In this document: one piece after another, positions 48,083-58,260 of the stretch
Layout: each line of letters starts with the position of its first letter
How positions within the stretch are numbered: the first letter of the stretch is position 1
Assembly (NCBI GenBank): GCA_018399745.1
Contig: JAGYNZ010000003.1
Location: forward strand, 65,992 to 129,991
Direction: 5' to 3'
Source: Deltaproteobacteria bacterium
GTDB lineage: Bacteria; Desulfobacterota; Dissulfuribacteria; Dissulfuribacterales; UBA3076
Length of the DNA stretch: 64,000 bases
The notes under the pieces: model-generated
Told to the model about the DNA's origin: nothing
The model's input: the letters and a program-made list of their open reading frames with translations, nothing else
The model's database searches: none
Position numbers and translations under genes: made by a program

Positions 48083-49246
48083 ATGACACAAGTTAATTAT
48101 TTCTTGACAGAAGAGCAACAAATGATCGTGGATCTGGCACGTCAGATAGCCAAAGAAAAGATCATTCCTGTAAGGGCAAGGCTCGATGAGAATAATGAAT
48201 TCCCTTGGGATATTATGAGAGATATAGCCCAAGCGGATCTTTTCGGGCTTTATATACCTGAACAATATGGCGGTTTCGCAAAAGGCTGTTTTGAGAATTG
48301 CCTGGCGCTGGAACAGCTTGCCTATGGTTGTATCGCTGTTACCACAACCTTTGCTGCCAGTGCCTTAGGAGGTTATCCCATTCTGCTTTTTGGTTCTGAG
48401 AAACAAAAGGCCCGTTACCTTCCGGATATCGCCTCAGGCAAACGCCTTGTAGCCTTTGGGCTTACCGAAGCCAATGCCGGTAGTGATGCCGCAGGTATCC
48501 AGACTACAGCAGTAGAAGATGGAGAACACTGGGTTTTAAACGGTACCAAACAGTGGATAACCAGCGGCGGGGAAGCGGAAATATATACCATAGTGGCCAT
48601 GACTAACAAAAATAAAGGTGCAAGGGGTGCCACGGCATATATAGTGGAAAAGGGTGATCCTGGATTCAGCTTTGGGAAAAAAGAACGAAAGATGGGTCTG
48701 AATGCCTCGTCAACCACGGAACTCATAATGAATGATTGCCGCATTCCAAAAGACCGTATTCTTGGCAGGAATGGCCAGGGCTTCTTAATAGCAATGAGGA
48801 CGCTGGATATAGCCCGACCCGGCATAGGTTCCATAGCAGTCGGACTTGCTCAGGCGGCCCTGGATGAAGCGGTTAAATATGCAAGGCAGAGAATACAGTT
48901 TGGGCAGCCGATAATCAGCTTTCAGGCCTTACAGCACATGCTGGCGGATATGGCCACCAATCTTGAGGCCTCAAGGGCACTTGTTTATTCGGTAGCCAGG
49001 ACCATCGACGATGGAAAAAAGGATACCGCCAAAATATCTGCAATGGCAAAGCTCTTTGCCACTGACATGTCCATGCGGGTAACCACTGATGCGGTGCAGA
49101 TCCTTGGCGGCTATGGATATATGAAGTCCTATCCGGTTGAAAAAATGATGCGGGATGCAAAAATCCTCCAGATATACGAGGGCACAAACCAGATCATGTG
49201 CAATATTATCGGTCAGGCACTGAATAAAGAGTATGCGAAAAAATAA
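48083..49246 (+). CDS. Acyl-CoA dehydrogenase, short-chain/butyryl-CoA (Bcd/CarC-like) type
   Basis: FGLTEANAGSDA, the catalytic-base context QIYEGTNQI and the typical ACAD three-domain length. I placed the start at the ATG (MTQVNYF). Confidence 0.9.
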   Translation: MTQVNYFLTEEQQMIVDLARQIAKEKIIPVRARLDENNEFPWDIMRDIAQADLFGLYIPEQYGGFAKGCFENCLALEQLAYGCIAVTTTFAASALGGYPILLFGSEKQKARYLPDIASGKRLVAFGLTEANAGSDAAGIQTTAVEDGEHWVLNGTKQWITSGGEAEIYTIVAMTNKNKGARGATAYIVEKGDPGFSFGKKERKMGLNASSTTELIMNDCRIPKDRILGRNGQGFLIAMRTLDIARPGIGSIAVGLAQAALDEAVKYARQRIQFGQPIISFQALQHMLADMATNLEASRALVYSVARTIDDGKKDTAKISAMAKLFATDMSMRVTTDAVQILGGYGYMKSYPVEKMMRDAKILQIYEGTNQIMCNIIGQALNKEYAKK

Positions 49247-49252
49247 ATTTGG

Positions 49253-49335
49253 GTGAAATTTGAGATTTGAAATTGGGAAAAACACAAAAACGTAGGTGCG
49301 TTACCTAATTTCAAATTTCGAATTTCCAGTTTCAC
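49253..49335 (+). repeat. Heptamer-built hairpin repeat, copy B, in the acd-etfB spacer
   Basis: GTGAAATTTGAGATTTGAAATTGGG ... CCTAATTTCAAATTTCGAATTTCCAGTTTCAC. The arms pair over about 23 bp (with G-U pairs) around a loop of about 26 nt. Near-identical to the reverse complement of 35883-35959. Confidence 0.7.
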
Positions 49336-49342
49336 ATTAGCT

Positions 49343-50131
49343 ATGAACATAGTAGTTTGTATAAAACAGGTCCCGAACGCAAAAACCGTGCGTTATGATA
49401 CGGAAAAAGGCACACTGGTGCGTGAAGGGGTAGAGGCAATAATAAATCCTTTTGACTTCCACGCCCTTGAGGCCGGTCTTCATCTGAAAGACGCCTACGG
49501 CGGAGAGGTCACTGTACTGAGCATGGGTCCGCCACAGGCGGAAAATGCCCTGAGAGAATCCCTGTCTCTTGGAGCGGACAAGGGGGTCCTTCTGTCGGAC
49601 CGTGCCTTTGCCGGGGCAGACACCTTGGCCACTACGTATACACTGGCAAAGGCAATTGAGAAGCTTGGGCCTGTTGACCTTGTGCTTTGCGGCAAACAGG
49701 CCATAGACGGTGATACGGCCCAAGTAGGTCCGGGGCTGGCTGCCCGGCTCGGTCTTCCTTATGTGACATGCGTAAACGCACTTAGTGTCATGGATGATGA
49801 AAAGACAATACAAGTCAGGAGGATTAATGAAGATGGCTATGACATACTTGAACTCGAAATGCCGGCACTCCTGACAGTGCTTGCATCCATCAATACACCC
49901 AGACTGCCCTCACTCAAAGGAAAAATGATGGCCAGAAAAACTGAAATTCCCATATGGGATGCCGAGGGAATCGGGGCAAAGCCTTCTATGGTCGGCCTGA
50001 CTGGATCGGCGACTCGAGTCGTATCTACATGGGTCCCTACTTTTGAGGCCCGCAGAGAAATGTTTGGGGGTTCAGCAGAGGAACAGGTAGATGCGCTGGT
50101 CTCCAGATTAAAAGCAGCGGGAATTTTGTAA
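49343..50131 (+). CDS. etfB: Electron transfer flavoprotein beta subunit (EtfB/CarD-like)
   Basis: 262 aa, MNIVVCIKQVP and the LCGKQAIDGDTAQVGP motif as in clostridial Bcd-associated EtfB. Confidence 0.9.
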   Translation: MNIVVCIKQVPNAKTVRYDTEKGTLVREGVEAIINPFDFHALEAGLHLKDAYGGEVTVLSMGPPQAENALRESLSLGADKGVLLSDRAFAGADTLATTYTLAKAIEKLGPVDLVLCGKQAIDGDTAQVGPGLAARLGLPYVTCVNALSVMDDEKTIQVRRINEDGYDILELEMPALLTVLASINTPRLPSLKGKMMARKTEIPIWDAEGIGAKPSMVGLTGSATRVVSTWVPTFEARREMFGGSAEEQVDALVSRLKAAGIL

Positions 50132-51327
50132 TGCTCAAGGTTGACACAGAAAAGTGCACCGGATGTGGTGAATGTGAAGAATCCTGCACTTTTGACGCTA
50201 TTTTTGTAAAAGACGGAGTAGCCGTTGTTGATCATGATGTCTGCACCCTGTGCGGTATCTGCGTGGATGGCTGCCCTGAAGGGGCATTAGAACTCCACGT
50301 GGAGGCAGGTGCGTTTGCCACGGACTTGAGCTCCTGGAAAGGGATATGGGTGGTTGCGGAATGCAGAGGCGGGGACCTCGCCTCAGTGACGCTCGAGCTC
50401 CTTGCAAAGTCACGGGAGCTTGCAGCCGAGCTCGACGCAGAAGTTACCGCAGTGCTGATGGGACAGGGAATTGAATCCAAAGCACGGGAATTGATATTCC
50501 ACGGTGCGGACAGGGTATTGATTGTTGACCACCACGAGCTTGCGACATTCACCGACGAGGTCTATGGAAATATACTTGCAGACCTTGCCAAGAGAGAAAG
50601 GCCTGAAATTATTTTAGCCGGTGCGACAGCCATGGGCCGTTCCTATATACCCAGGGTTGCGACGATCCTTGAGACAGGCCTTACTGCCGACTGCACAGGA
50701 CTTGACATCAGGTCAGAGGATAAGGCCTTGCTTCAGACCAGGCCGGCCTTCGGGGGAAATCTCCTGGCAACCATTGTATGCCCTGAACACCGTCCCCAAA
50801 TGGCCACGGTCAGACCCCATGTTATGAAAGCCAACGCCCCTGATCCCGGGCGGAAAGGCGAGGTGATCCGCATCGTCCCCAGAAAAAGTCTGCTGGGTCA
50901 TAAGGTCCAAGTCATTGAATCTGTGAAGGAACAGGCAGAAGGTCCCAATCTCAGCGAAGCGGATATAATAGTTACGGCAGGCAGGGGATTTGAACAAGAA
51001 AAGAACGTTGAACTGGCCAGGGAATTGGCCGATTTACTTGAAGGTACGGTCGGATCTACAAGGGCGGCCGTAGATGCAGGCTGGCTCTCAAGCCGCACAC
51101 AAATCGGCCAAACAGGTGTTACCGTGTCTCCCAAGCTCTATATAGCTTGCGGGGTATCAGGGGCTATACAGCACATAGTCGGCATGCAAGGGTCAGAGAT
51201 CATAGTGGCGATAAATAAAGACGCTGAGGCCCCCATTTTTGACGTAACTACCTACGGTCTGGTTGGAGATGTTAAGGAGATATTACCCCTTTTAATCAAG
51301 AGAATTCAAAAAGAGCGGGGATTATAA
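50131..51327 (+). CDS. etfA: Electron transfer flavoprotein alpha subunit with an N-terminal 2x[4Fe-4S] ferredoxin domain (CarE-like)
   Basis: The N-terminus carries CTGCGECEESC and CTLCGICVDGCP (two CX2CX2CX3C motifs), followed by a normal EtfA core (PKLYIACGVSGAIQH). Confidence 0.9.
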   Translation: MLKVDTEKCTGCGECEESCTFDAIFVKDGVAVVDHDVCTLCGICVDGCPEGALELHVEAGAFATDLSSWKGIWVVAECRGGDLASVTLELLAKSRELAAELDAEVTAVLMGQGIESKARELIFHGADRVLIVDHHELATFTDEVYGNILADLAKRERPEIILAGATAMGRSYIPRVATILETGLTADCTGLDIRSEDKALLQTRPAFGGNLLATIVCPEHRPQMATVRPHVMKANAPDPGRKGEVIRIVPRKSLLGHKVQVIESVKEQAEGPNLSEADIIVTAGRGFEQEKNVELARELADLLEGTVGSTRAAVDAGWLSSRTQIGQTGVTVSPKLYIACGVSGAIQHIVGMQGSEIIVAINKDAEAPIFDVTTYGLVGDVKEILPLLIKRIQKERGL

Positions 51328-51328
51328 T

Positions 51329-52087
51329 ATGTCATGTAAGCAGAAACTCAAGGGGAAGATAGCAGTAATAACCGGAGGATCCAGGGGAATAGGCCGGGTT
51401 GTATGCCTGAAACTTGCTCGCCTCGGCGCCTATATATTTGTAAACGATGTATGTGATCGAACAATTGCCCAAGATATTTTAGATGAAATCACAGGGATCG
51501 GAGGGACGGGCAGCTTCCTGCCCTTTGATGTATCAGATACCAAAGCAAGTTCCAAGGCACTGAAATCTGTCATTAAAGACCATGGTGGAATTCACATACT
51601 GGTTAATAATGCAGGTATTACCCGGGATAGCTTGCTTGCCCGAATGAAGACAGAGGACTGGGATTTAGTGATGTCGGTCAATCTGAAAGGGGCCTTTAAT
51701 TGCACTCAGGCGGTCATTATGGCCATGATTAAGCAGAGGTGGGGCCGAATTATCAGTATAGGCTCGGTAGTGGGTTCTATGGGGAATCCGGGCCAGGCCA
51801 ACTATGCTGCATCCAAGGCCGGTTTGGAGGGATTTACGAAGTCTGTGGCCAGGGAAACGGCATCAAGAGGAGTTACTGCAAATGTCGTGGCCCCTGGATT
51901 CATTGAAACCGGTATGACCGCGGTATTGCCGGAAAAAGTAAAGGACCAGCTATTGAGCCAGATTCCTGCGGGTCGAATGGGAAGCCCTGAGGATGTGGCT
52001 GGAGCAGTGAGTTTTTTGGCCTCAGAAGAGGCCTCTTATATTACCGGACAGGTACTCCATGTAAATGGTGGCTTGATATGCGATTAA
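51329..52087 (+). CDS. fabG: 3-oxoacyl-ACP reductase
   Basis: 252 aa SDR with TGGSRGIG, NNAG and YAASKAG. Confidence 0.9.
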   Translation: MSCKQKLKGKIAVITGGSRGIGRVVCLKLARLGAYIFVNDVCDRTIAQDILDEITGIGGTGSFLPFDVSDTKASSKALKSVIKDHGGIHILVNNAGITRDSLLARMKTEDWDLVMSVNLKGAFNCTQAVIMAMIKQRWGRIISIGSVVGSMGNPGQANYAASKAGLEGFTKSVARETASRGVTANVVAPGFIETGMTAVLPEKVKDQLLSQIPAGRMGSPEDVAGAVSFLASEEASYITGQVLHVNGGLICD

Positions 52088-52144
52088 GATTTTACTGTTG
52101 ATTAGGTTCAATTTTTTGGACCAACAGGATATAGGAGGATAAAA

Positions 52145-52381
52145 ATGAGTATAGATACCAAAATGGTCGATATCATTGCAAGCCAGCTCAGTGTTGCCAG
52201 GGAAAAGGTGGTACCGAAGGCATCTTTTGTAGATGACCTTGGTGCGGATTCTCTGGACCTTGTGGAATTGGTTATGGCTATGGAAGAAGAGTTTGATATG
52301 GAAATAGCGGACGAAGACGCGGAAAAGATGCAAACGGTCCAGGACGCTATTGACTTTATCAAAGAACAAGGAGAAAAGTAA
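52145..52381 (+). CDS. acpP: Acyl carrier protein
   Basis: 78 aa with the phosphopantetheine attachment motif [19 protein letters not shown]. Confidence 0.95.
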   Translation: MSIDTKMVDIIASQLSVAREKVVPKASFVDDLGADSLDLVELVMAMEEEFDMEIADEDAEKMQTVQDAIDFIKEQGEK

Positions 52382-52425
52382 ACCATTAAAGGCACTGGAA
52401 ATATGGACCGGCACTATATATTGTC

Positions 52426-53679
52426 ATGATAAACCAAAACCAGAACCGGAGGGTAGCAGTAACAGGTCTCGGTCTTCTTTGCCCCGTGGGTATCGGGGTT
52501 GACGATAGCTGGGCAAACCTGATAGCCGGAAAATCCGGCATAGGTCCTGTTACTCGTTTTGATATAAAAGGCTATCTGTCTCAGATTGCTGGAGAGGTAA
52601 AGGGGTTTAAACCGGTTGACTTCATGCCCGAGAAGCTGATTAAACGATTAGATCCCTTTGTAAGACTGGGCATTGCAGCGGCCCGAATGGCCATTGAAGA
52701 CGCGGGCCTCAATATCCCGGAGGACAAGGCCTCAAGGGCCGGCGTTATTACCGGATGTGGTCTTGGTGGACTGGGATCCATTGAATATTTCAGGGATATC
52801 CTTGTAAATAAAGGCCCAAAACGCGTGAGTCCTTTTTTTATTCCCATGGCCATACCTAACATGGCTTCCGGCCAGATCTCAATAATGTGCGGAGCAAAAG
52901 GTCCCAATACTGTGGTATGCACTGCCTGTGCGGCAGGCAGCCATGCCATAGGAGACGCCTTTAAGACAATTCAGAGAGGGGCGGCTGATGTGATGATATG
53001 CGGCGGCACCGAATCAGTAATGACACCGCTGGCATTTGCTGGCTTTGCCAATATGAAGGCCCTCTCTACAAGAAATGAAAGACCGGAACAGGCATCAAGA
53101 CCCTTTGATAAGGACCGTGACGGTTTTATAATCGGCGAGGGTGCGGGTATTCTGGTTATAGAAGAACTGGATCATGCCCTGGAAAGGGGCGCAAATATCC
53201 GGGCGGAGATAGTTGGATACGGGCTTACGGGAGATGCATACCATATGACGGCACCGTCCGAGGATGGAGAGGGCGGTGCAAACTGCATGTCCATGGCCCT
53301 TGAGGACGCGAGACTTGACTGCCAAGACATAGACTATATAAATGCCCATGGTACCAGTACCCCTCTCAACGATATATGTGAAACAAGGGCCATAAAGACA
53401 GTTTTCGGGGACAGGGCAAAGAGCATACCGGTGAGTTCCACCAAATCAATGACAGGTCACCTGTTAGGAGGCGCCGGGGGTGTTGAAGCAATCTTTTGCG
53501 TTAAGACCATCGAAGAAGGGATTATTCCCCCAACCATCAACTATGAGACTCCGGACCCGGAATGCGATCTTGACTATGTGCCAAACAGGGCAAGGAGCCG
53601 GCCCGTTGATGTGGTCATGTCCAATTCCTTTGGATTCGGCGGGACCAATGCAGTACTGATCTTCCGCAGGTATCAGTAA
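52426..53679 (+). CDS. fabF: 3-oxoacyl-ACP synthase II
   Basis: 417 aa with [10 protein letters not shown] (active Cys), HGTSTP and GHLLGGAG. Confidence 0.93.
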   Translation: MINQNQNRRVAVTGLGLLCPVGIGVDDSWANLIAGKSGIGPVTRFDIKGYLSQIAGEVKGFKPVDFMPEKLIKRLDPFVRLGIAAARMAIEDAGLNIPEDKASRAGVITGCGLGGLGSIEYFRDILVNKGPKRVSPFFIPMAIPNMASGQISIMCGAKGPNTVVCTACAAGSHAIGDAFKTIQRGAADVMICGGTESVMTPLAFAGFANMKALSTRNERPEQASRPFDKDRDGFIIGEGAGILVIEELDHALERGANIRAEIVGYGLTGDAYHMTAPSEDGEGGANCMSMALEDARLDCQDIDYINAHGTSTPLNDICETRAIKTVFGDRAKSIPVSSTKSMTGHLLGGAGGVEAIFCVKTIEEGIIPPTINYETPDPECDLDYVPNRARSRPVDVVMSNSFGFGGTNAVLIFRRYQ

Positions 53680-53737
53680 GATGCATATCCATAAAGATTT
53701 AACCGTTTACACTCCTTGACAGGAAATAAATAATTAT

Positions 53738-54199
53738 ATGAAGATAGCTATCGGTTCGGATCACGGTGGTTTTGAACTAAAAGAAGAAATACGTGGTTTA
53801 CTTACAGGACTTGGGCACCAGGTCATGGATGTGGGATGCCATTCTCCGGATTCGGTGGACTATCCCATACAGGGACGTGAGGTTGCCGAGTCCGTAGCAT
53901 CAGGCCGGTGTGAAAGGGGTGTCCTGGTCTGCGGAACCGGCATAGGCATGTCCATAGTCGCCAATCGCGTACCAGGTATCAGGGCTACCCTATGCCATGA
54001 TCTTTTTACTGCCAGAATGGGCCGGGAACATAATGATTCCAACATACTCTGTATGGGTGGCAGGGTAATAGAACCCGGACTTGCTAAAGAGATGGTCAAG
54101 GTATGGCTTATGACGCCCTTCAAAGGGGGACGCCACAGTCGCAGGATCAATATGATCGACTTGCCGGAGCAAAAGAATGATTCATTTGAAGCGCACTGA
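53738..54199 (+). CDS. rpiB: Ribose 5-phosphate isomerase B
   Basis: 153 aa with [11 protein letters not shown] and [13 protein letters not shown]. Confidence 0.9.
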   Translation: MKIAIGSDHGGFELKEEIRGLLTGLGHQVMDVGCHSPDSVDYPIQGREVAESVASGRCERGVLVCGTGIGMSIVANRVPGIRATLCHDLFTARMGREHNDSNILCMGGRVIEPGLAKEMVKVWLMTPFKGGRHSRRINMIDLPEQKNDSFEAH

Positions 54200-55439
54200 T
54201 CCCGAAGTCTTTCAGGCCCTTAAGGCCGAAATAGGAAGGCAGACAGAGCAGCTTGAGATGATAGCCTCGGAAAACTTCGTGAGCGAGGCGGTCATGCAGG
54301 CCGAGGGCAGTGTCTTCATGAACAAGTATGCCGAAGGCTACCCCGGGAGAAGATACTATGGTGGATGTGAGAATATGGATGTGGTGGAGAGGCTTGCCGT
54401 TAGTCGCCTGAACCAACTCTTTGGCTCAGAATACGCCAACGTACAGCCCCACTCAGGTACTCAGGCAAACATGGCGGTATATTTTGCTGTCCTGAACCAG
54501 GGTGACTCCATCCTGTCTATGGATTTGGCACACGGAGGACATCTCTCTCATGGTTTGCCGGTAAGTTTTTCAGGACGGTTTTTCAAGATAGTCCACTACG
54601 GAGTAAGCCGGAAGACCGAAGTCATAGATTACGATCAGGTTGCGGAAATCGCCAAAAAACACAGGCCAAAGCTCATTATCGCCGGAGCAAGCGCATATCC
54701 CCGTATACTGGATTTCGCGTCTTTTAAAAAAATAGCCGACGAAGTCGGGGCCTATCTCATGGTTGATATGGCCCATATAGCCGGACTGGTGGCGGCAGGT
54801 GTTCATCCCTCCCCTGTGCCGTTTGCAGACTTTATTACTTCCACGACCCATAAGACCATGAGGGGTCCCAGGGGCGGAATCATACTGGCCATGGAAAAGT
54901 ATTCTCGACCCTTGAACAGCCAGATATTCCCCGGCATTCAGGGAGGTCCGCTGATGCACGTAATCGCCGCAAAGGCCGTGGCCTTTAAAGAGGCCCTGAG
55001 AGACGATTTTAAAATATACCAGCAGCAGATCGTTTCAAACGCAAAGACCCTTGCAAAGACCCTGCAGGAAAGGGGATTTCGTCTTGTTTCAGGAGGCACT
55101 GACAATCACCTGTTGCTTGTGGATCTTTCAGATAAAGGCCTCACAGGTGCCAAGGCAGAGGAGGTACTGGAGCGGTCCGGTATTACGGTAAACAAAAATA
55201 CTATTCCCTTTGATATCAGATCCCCCAGTGTTACCAGCGGTATCCGAATCGGGACCCCTGCAGTGACCACAAGAGGTCTTAAAGAACAGGACATGGAAGA
55301 AGTCGGTAACTATATCTCAGAACTACTGGATCGGCCCGAGGATGATAAGTTGATCAAAGATATTAAAATGAAGATCCGCTCTCTCTGTGGGAGGTTCCCA
55401 CTATATTCCGAACGTCTGACACGCTATAATATCAGCTGA
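54177..55439 (+). CDS. glyA: Serine hydroxymethyltransferase
   Basis: 420 aa with LELIASENF and the PLP site [14 protein letters not shown]. Confidence 0.95.
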   Translation: MIHLKRTDPEVFQALKAEIGRQTEQLEMIASENFVSEAVMQAEGSVFMNKYAEGYPGRRYYGGCENMDVVERLAVSRLNQLFGSEYANVQPHSGTQANMAVYFAVLNQGDSILSMDLAHGGHLSHGLPVSFSGRFFKIVHYGVSRKTEVIDYDQVAEIAKKHRPKLIIAGASAYPRILDFASFKKIADEVGAYLMVDMAHIAGLVAAGVHPSPVPFADFITSTTHKTMRGPRGGIILAMEKYSRPLNSQIFPGIQGGPLMHVIAAKAVAFKEALRDDFKIYQQQIVSNAKTLAKTLQERGFRLVSGGTDNHLLLVDLSDKGLTGAKAEEVLERSGITVNKNTIPFDIRSPSVTSGIRIGTPAVTTRGLKEQDMEEVGNYISELLDRPEDDKLIKDIKMKIRSLCGRFPLYSERLTRYNIS

Positions 55440-55471
55440 TTCACCCTTTAGCGGCTTAATGAATTAGAAAT

Positions 55472-55954
55472 ATGGAAAAGGATATCGCAAATACCAGGCC
55501 GTCCTGGGATGCCTATTTCATGTCCATCGCTCGCCTGGTTTCCCAAAGGTCTACTTGCCTGCGCCGTAAGGTAGGGGCAATACTGGTAAAAAATCGTCGT
55601 ATCCTGGCAACAGGCTATAATGGGGCCCCGAGCGGCTTGAGACACTGTCTTGAAATAGGCTGTCTGAGGGAAAAGCTCAAGGTCCCTTCGGGTGAGAGGC
55701 ACGAACTGTGCAGAGGCCTCCATGCTGAACAAAATGTAATCATTCAGGCTGCATACCACGGGGTTTCCGTTGCCAACTCGATTCTATACTGTACTAATCT
55801 TCCCTGTGTTATATGCACAAAGATGCTTATAAATGCAGGCATTCGGGCCATCTATTACGCCGAAGGCTATGCAGATCCCATGTCCTGTGATATGCTGGCT
55901 GAGGCCGGAATAGATCTTATAAAATTCAGGGAGAATAATCCCTCAAACGGATAA
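55472..55954 (+). CDS. dCMP deaminase (ComEB-type cytidine/deoxycytidylate deaminase)
   Basis: HAEQNVI and [10 protein letters not shown] zinc motifs. Confidence 0.85.
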   Translation: MEKDIANTRPSWDAYFMSIARLVSQRSTCLRRKVGAILVKNRRILATGYNGAPSGLRHCLEIGCLREKLKVPSGERHELCRGLHAEQNVIIQAAYHGVSVANSILYCTNLPCVICTKMLINAGIRAIYYAEGYADPMSCDMLAEAGIDLIKFRENNPSNG

Positions 55955-55960
55955 AATCCG

Positions 55961-56434
55961 ATGAAGTGCCCATTTTGCAGTTCTGCAGAGAGTAAAGTTG
56001 TCGACTCCAGATCCAGCGGGGATAGCTCGGCCATCCGTCGACGCCGTGAATGCCTGTCTTGTCATGAACGTTTCACTACCTATGAAAGGATTGAAGAATT
56101 TCATCCCATGATAGTCAAAAAGGATGGAAGACGTGAATCCTTTGACCGGAACAAGATCGTTGAGGGGATAGTAAAGGCCTGTGAAAAGAGGCCGGTAAGC
56201 ATGGACGAGGTCGAGGCCTTTGTCAGCGATATTGAAAAAGAAATACAGGATAGAGGGGAAAGGGAATTGGAAAGCAGATTCCTGGGGGAACGTGTCATGT
56301 CTCAATTGAGGGTATGGGACGATGTGGCTTACGTACGCTTTGCCTCTGTATATAAGCAGTTTAAAGACCTCAATGAGTTTATGGATCAGCTCCAGGAGCT
56401 GCTGAGCGAAAGTTCCCGCAATCAGAGTACTTGA
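55961..56434 (+). CDS. nrdR: Transcriptional repressor NrdR
   Basis: 157 aa with the zinc ribbon MKCPFC...CLSC followed by an ATP-cone. Confidence 0.93.
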   Translation: MKCPFCSSAESKVVDSRSSGDSSAIRRRRECLSCHERFTTYERIEEFHPMIVKKDGRRESFDRNKIVEGIVKACEKRPVSMDEVEAFVSDIEKEIQDRGERELESRFLGERVMSQLRVWDDVAYVRFASVYKQFKDLNEFMDQLQELLSESSRNQST

Positions 56435-57556
56435 ATGTGGTCCAGGGAAGACATCAAATATATGCGCAGGGCCCTGAAATTCGGCAAGAAGGGCCTTGGA
56501 TACACCACGCCAAACCCTGCCGTAGGGGCGATAGTAGCCCGGCGGGACATGATCCTGGGAGAAGGCTGGCACCAAAAGGCCGGCACACTCCATGCTGAAA
56601 TCCATGCCCTGAGGGCCGCTGGAGACAGAGCCAGAGGGGCTGATCTGTATGTAACTCTGGAACCCTGCAACCACACGGGTCGGACGCCGCCCTGCACACA
56701 TGCCATACTGCAGGCGGGCATCAGAAGGGTGGTAGTCGGGACATCTGACCCAAACCCCAAGGTGGCTGGAGGTGGAATAGAATTTTTGCGGGAAAAGGGC
56801 ATTGAAGTCGAGACGGGTTGCCTGAGAGATGAATGCCGTCTTTTGATTGCCCCATTTACCAAACACATATTGACCGGCATGCCATGGGTCCGGTCTAAGG
56901 TGGCATGCAGTCTGGACGGCAGGACTGCCACCCGGACAGGCCACTCCAAGTGGATTACCAATCAGAAGGCCCGCAGCTCCGGGCATCGCCTGAGGGAAAT
57001 AAGCGACGCCATACTGGTCGGCAAAGGCACTATAGTGGCGGATGATCCGCAGCTTACCTGCAGGACCGGCGGGAAAGATCCCATCAGAGTGGTGCTGGAC
57101 AGTGGACTGAACATTGACCCCTCCAGTCGCATATGCCACATGAAGTCCTCTGCACCTACTGTGATAATCGGGGTAAAAGGCAGGGCCACAGATGAACACA
57201 GGCAGGCCATGGAGGCATCAGGCACACAGGTATGGTTTACATCTCCTGACGGGCGAAACAGGGTAAACATCATCGATGTACTGAGAATGCTGGGGGATTT
57301 TGGGGTGCAGTCACTTCTGGTAGAAGGAGGGGCCACGATCAACGGGGCATTTTGGGACCAGGAGGTTGTTGATGAGGCCTTTTTTTATTATGCTCCCATG
57401 GTAATCGGCGGAAAGGATGCCCGGCCGGCAATAGGTGGATCAGGGTCCGTGGAGGTAGGAACGGCAAAAAGGCTGTCAAAGGTAAAACTTCGCAAGCTGG
57501 GAGACAATTGGCTGGTCCGTGGTCTGGTCACAGACATTGATTCTTTTTGGAGTTGA
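56435..57556 (+). CDS. ribD: Bifunctional diaminohydroxyphosphoribosylaminopyrimidine deaminase / 5-amino-6-(5-phosphoribosylamino)uracil reductase
   Basis: HAEIHAL and PCNHTGRTPPC deaminase motifs plus a C-terminal reductase domain. Confidence 0.93.
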   Translation: MWSREDIKYMRRALKFGKKGLGYTTPNPAVGAIVARRDMILGEGWHQKAGTLHAEIHALRAAGDRARGADLYVTLEPCNHTGRTPPCTHAILQAGIRRVVVGTSDPNPKVAGGGIEFLREKGIEVETGCLRDECRLLIAPFTKHILTGMPWVRSKVACSLDGRTATRTGHSKWITNQKARSSGHRLREISDAILVGKGTIVADDPQLTCRTGGKDPIRVVLDSGLNIDPSSRICHMKSSAPTVIIGVKGRATDEHRQAMEASGTQVWFTSPDGRNRVNIIDVLRMLGDFGVQSLLVEGGATINGAFWDQEVVDEAFFYYAPMVIGGKDARPAIGGSGSVEVGTAKRLSKVKLRKLGDNWLVRGLVTDIDSFWS

Positions 57557-57562
57557 CCACGA

Positions 57563-58216
57563 ATGTTTACCGGAATAATCAACGGCCTTGGGACTCTCAA
57601 GGACATCAGACAGGCAGGTCAGGGCCTGGTTTTTACTATTCATCCTGATTTTTCCATGAAGGATCCACAGGAAGGGGAAAGTATCGCTGTTAACGGGGCC
57701 TGCCTGACCGCAGTTGCTTTTACCCATGAGGGATTCAGCGTGGAAGTCTCACCTGAGACCCTTTCAAAGACCACGCTGCCCCGGCTGAGGGTTGGAAGCC
57801 GTGTCAATCTTGAACGGGCAATCAGACTCTCAGATCGCCTTGGCGGACACCTGGTAAGTGGACATGTGGATGGCACAGGAGAAATAATTAAAAAGGAGCA
57901 TTCAAGCCGTTTCGCTCTATTTACCATATCCGTCCCCGAGGGTCTTGGACGGTACATCATCGAAAAAGGTTCAGTTGCAATTGACGGTATCAGTCTTACT
58001 GTAAACAATTATAGTAGAGGCATCTTTTCCGTGGCCATTATCCCTCATACAGCCAGGCTCACCACTATGGGCTTGAGAAAGAAAGGGGACAAAATCAATA
58101 TTGAGGTAGATCTCATTGGGAAGTATATTGAAAAATTACTATTGGCCGGACACATTAAATCAGAGGAACAGACTGATATTGATACGGAGTTTCTGGCACG
58201 GCATGGATTTATTTAG
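57563..58216 (+). CDS. ribE: Riboflavin synthase (alpha chain)
   Basis: 217 aa with MFTGII and a duplicated lumazine-binding repeat (GESIAVNGACLT / GSVAIDGISLT). Confidence 0.92.
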   Translation: MFTGIINGLGTLKDIRQAGQGLVFTIHPDFSMKDPQEGESIAVNGACLTAVAFTHEGFSVEVSPETLSKTTLPRLRVGSRVNLERAIRLSDRLGGHLVSGHVDGTGEIIKKEHSSRFALFTISVPEGLGRYIIEKGSVAIDGISLTVNNYSRGIFSVAIIPHTARLTTMGLRKKGDKINIEVDLIGKYIEKLLLAGHIKSEEQTDIDTEFLARHGFI

Positions 58217-58219
58217 TAT

Positions 58220-58260
58220 CTGAATGGAAAGGCCATTCAGAATAATTTTTAATTCTGAAT
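58220..58260 (+). promoter_or_regulatory. Two overlapping, mutually exclusive hairpins after ribE (possible terminator or attenuator)
   Basis: Hairpin 1 is CTGAATGG-aaagg-CCATTCAG (58220-58240). Hairpin 2 is ATTCAGAAT-aattttta-ATTCTGAAT (58235-58260), followed by TTTTGAATTT. The two share 58235-58240. Confidence 0.35.

Noticed and set aside
35883-49335. Whether the heptamer repeats could be a CRISPR array or its remnants.
   Set aside because: The copies are 13.5 kb apart and in inverted orientation. The internal periodicity is 7 nt, with no spacer-repeat alternation and no cas genes.
55943-57199. A 418-codon ORF on the minus strand, strikingly long for a genome of this GC content.
   Set aside because: It lies exactly antisense to nrdR and ribD, which happen to share a reading frame. 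Both of those have unmistakable conserved motifs. The antisense product is low-complexity with no recognisable domain, so it is most likely a stop-depleted antisense frame of a locally GC-richer region.
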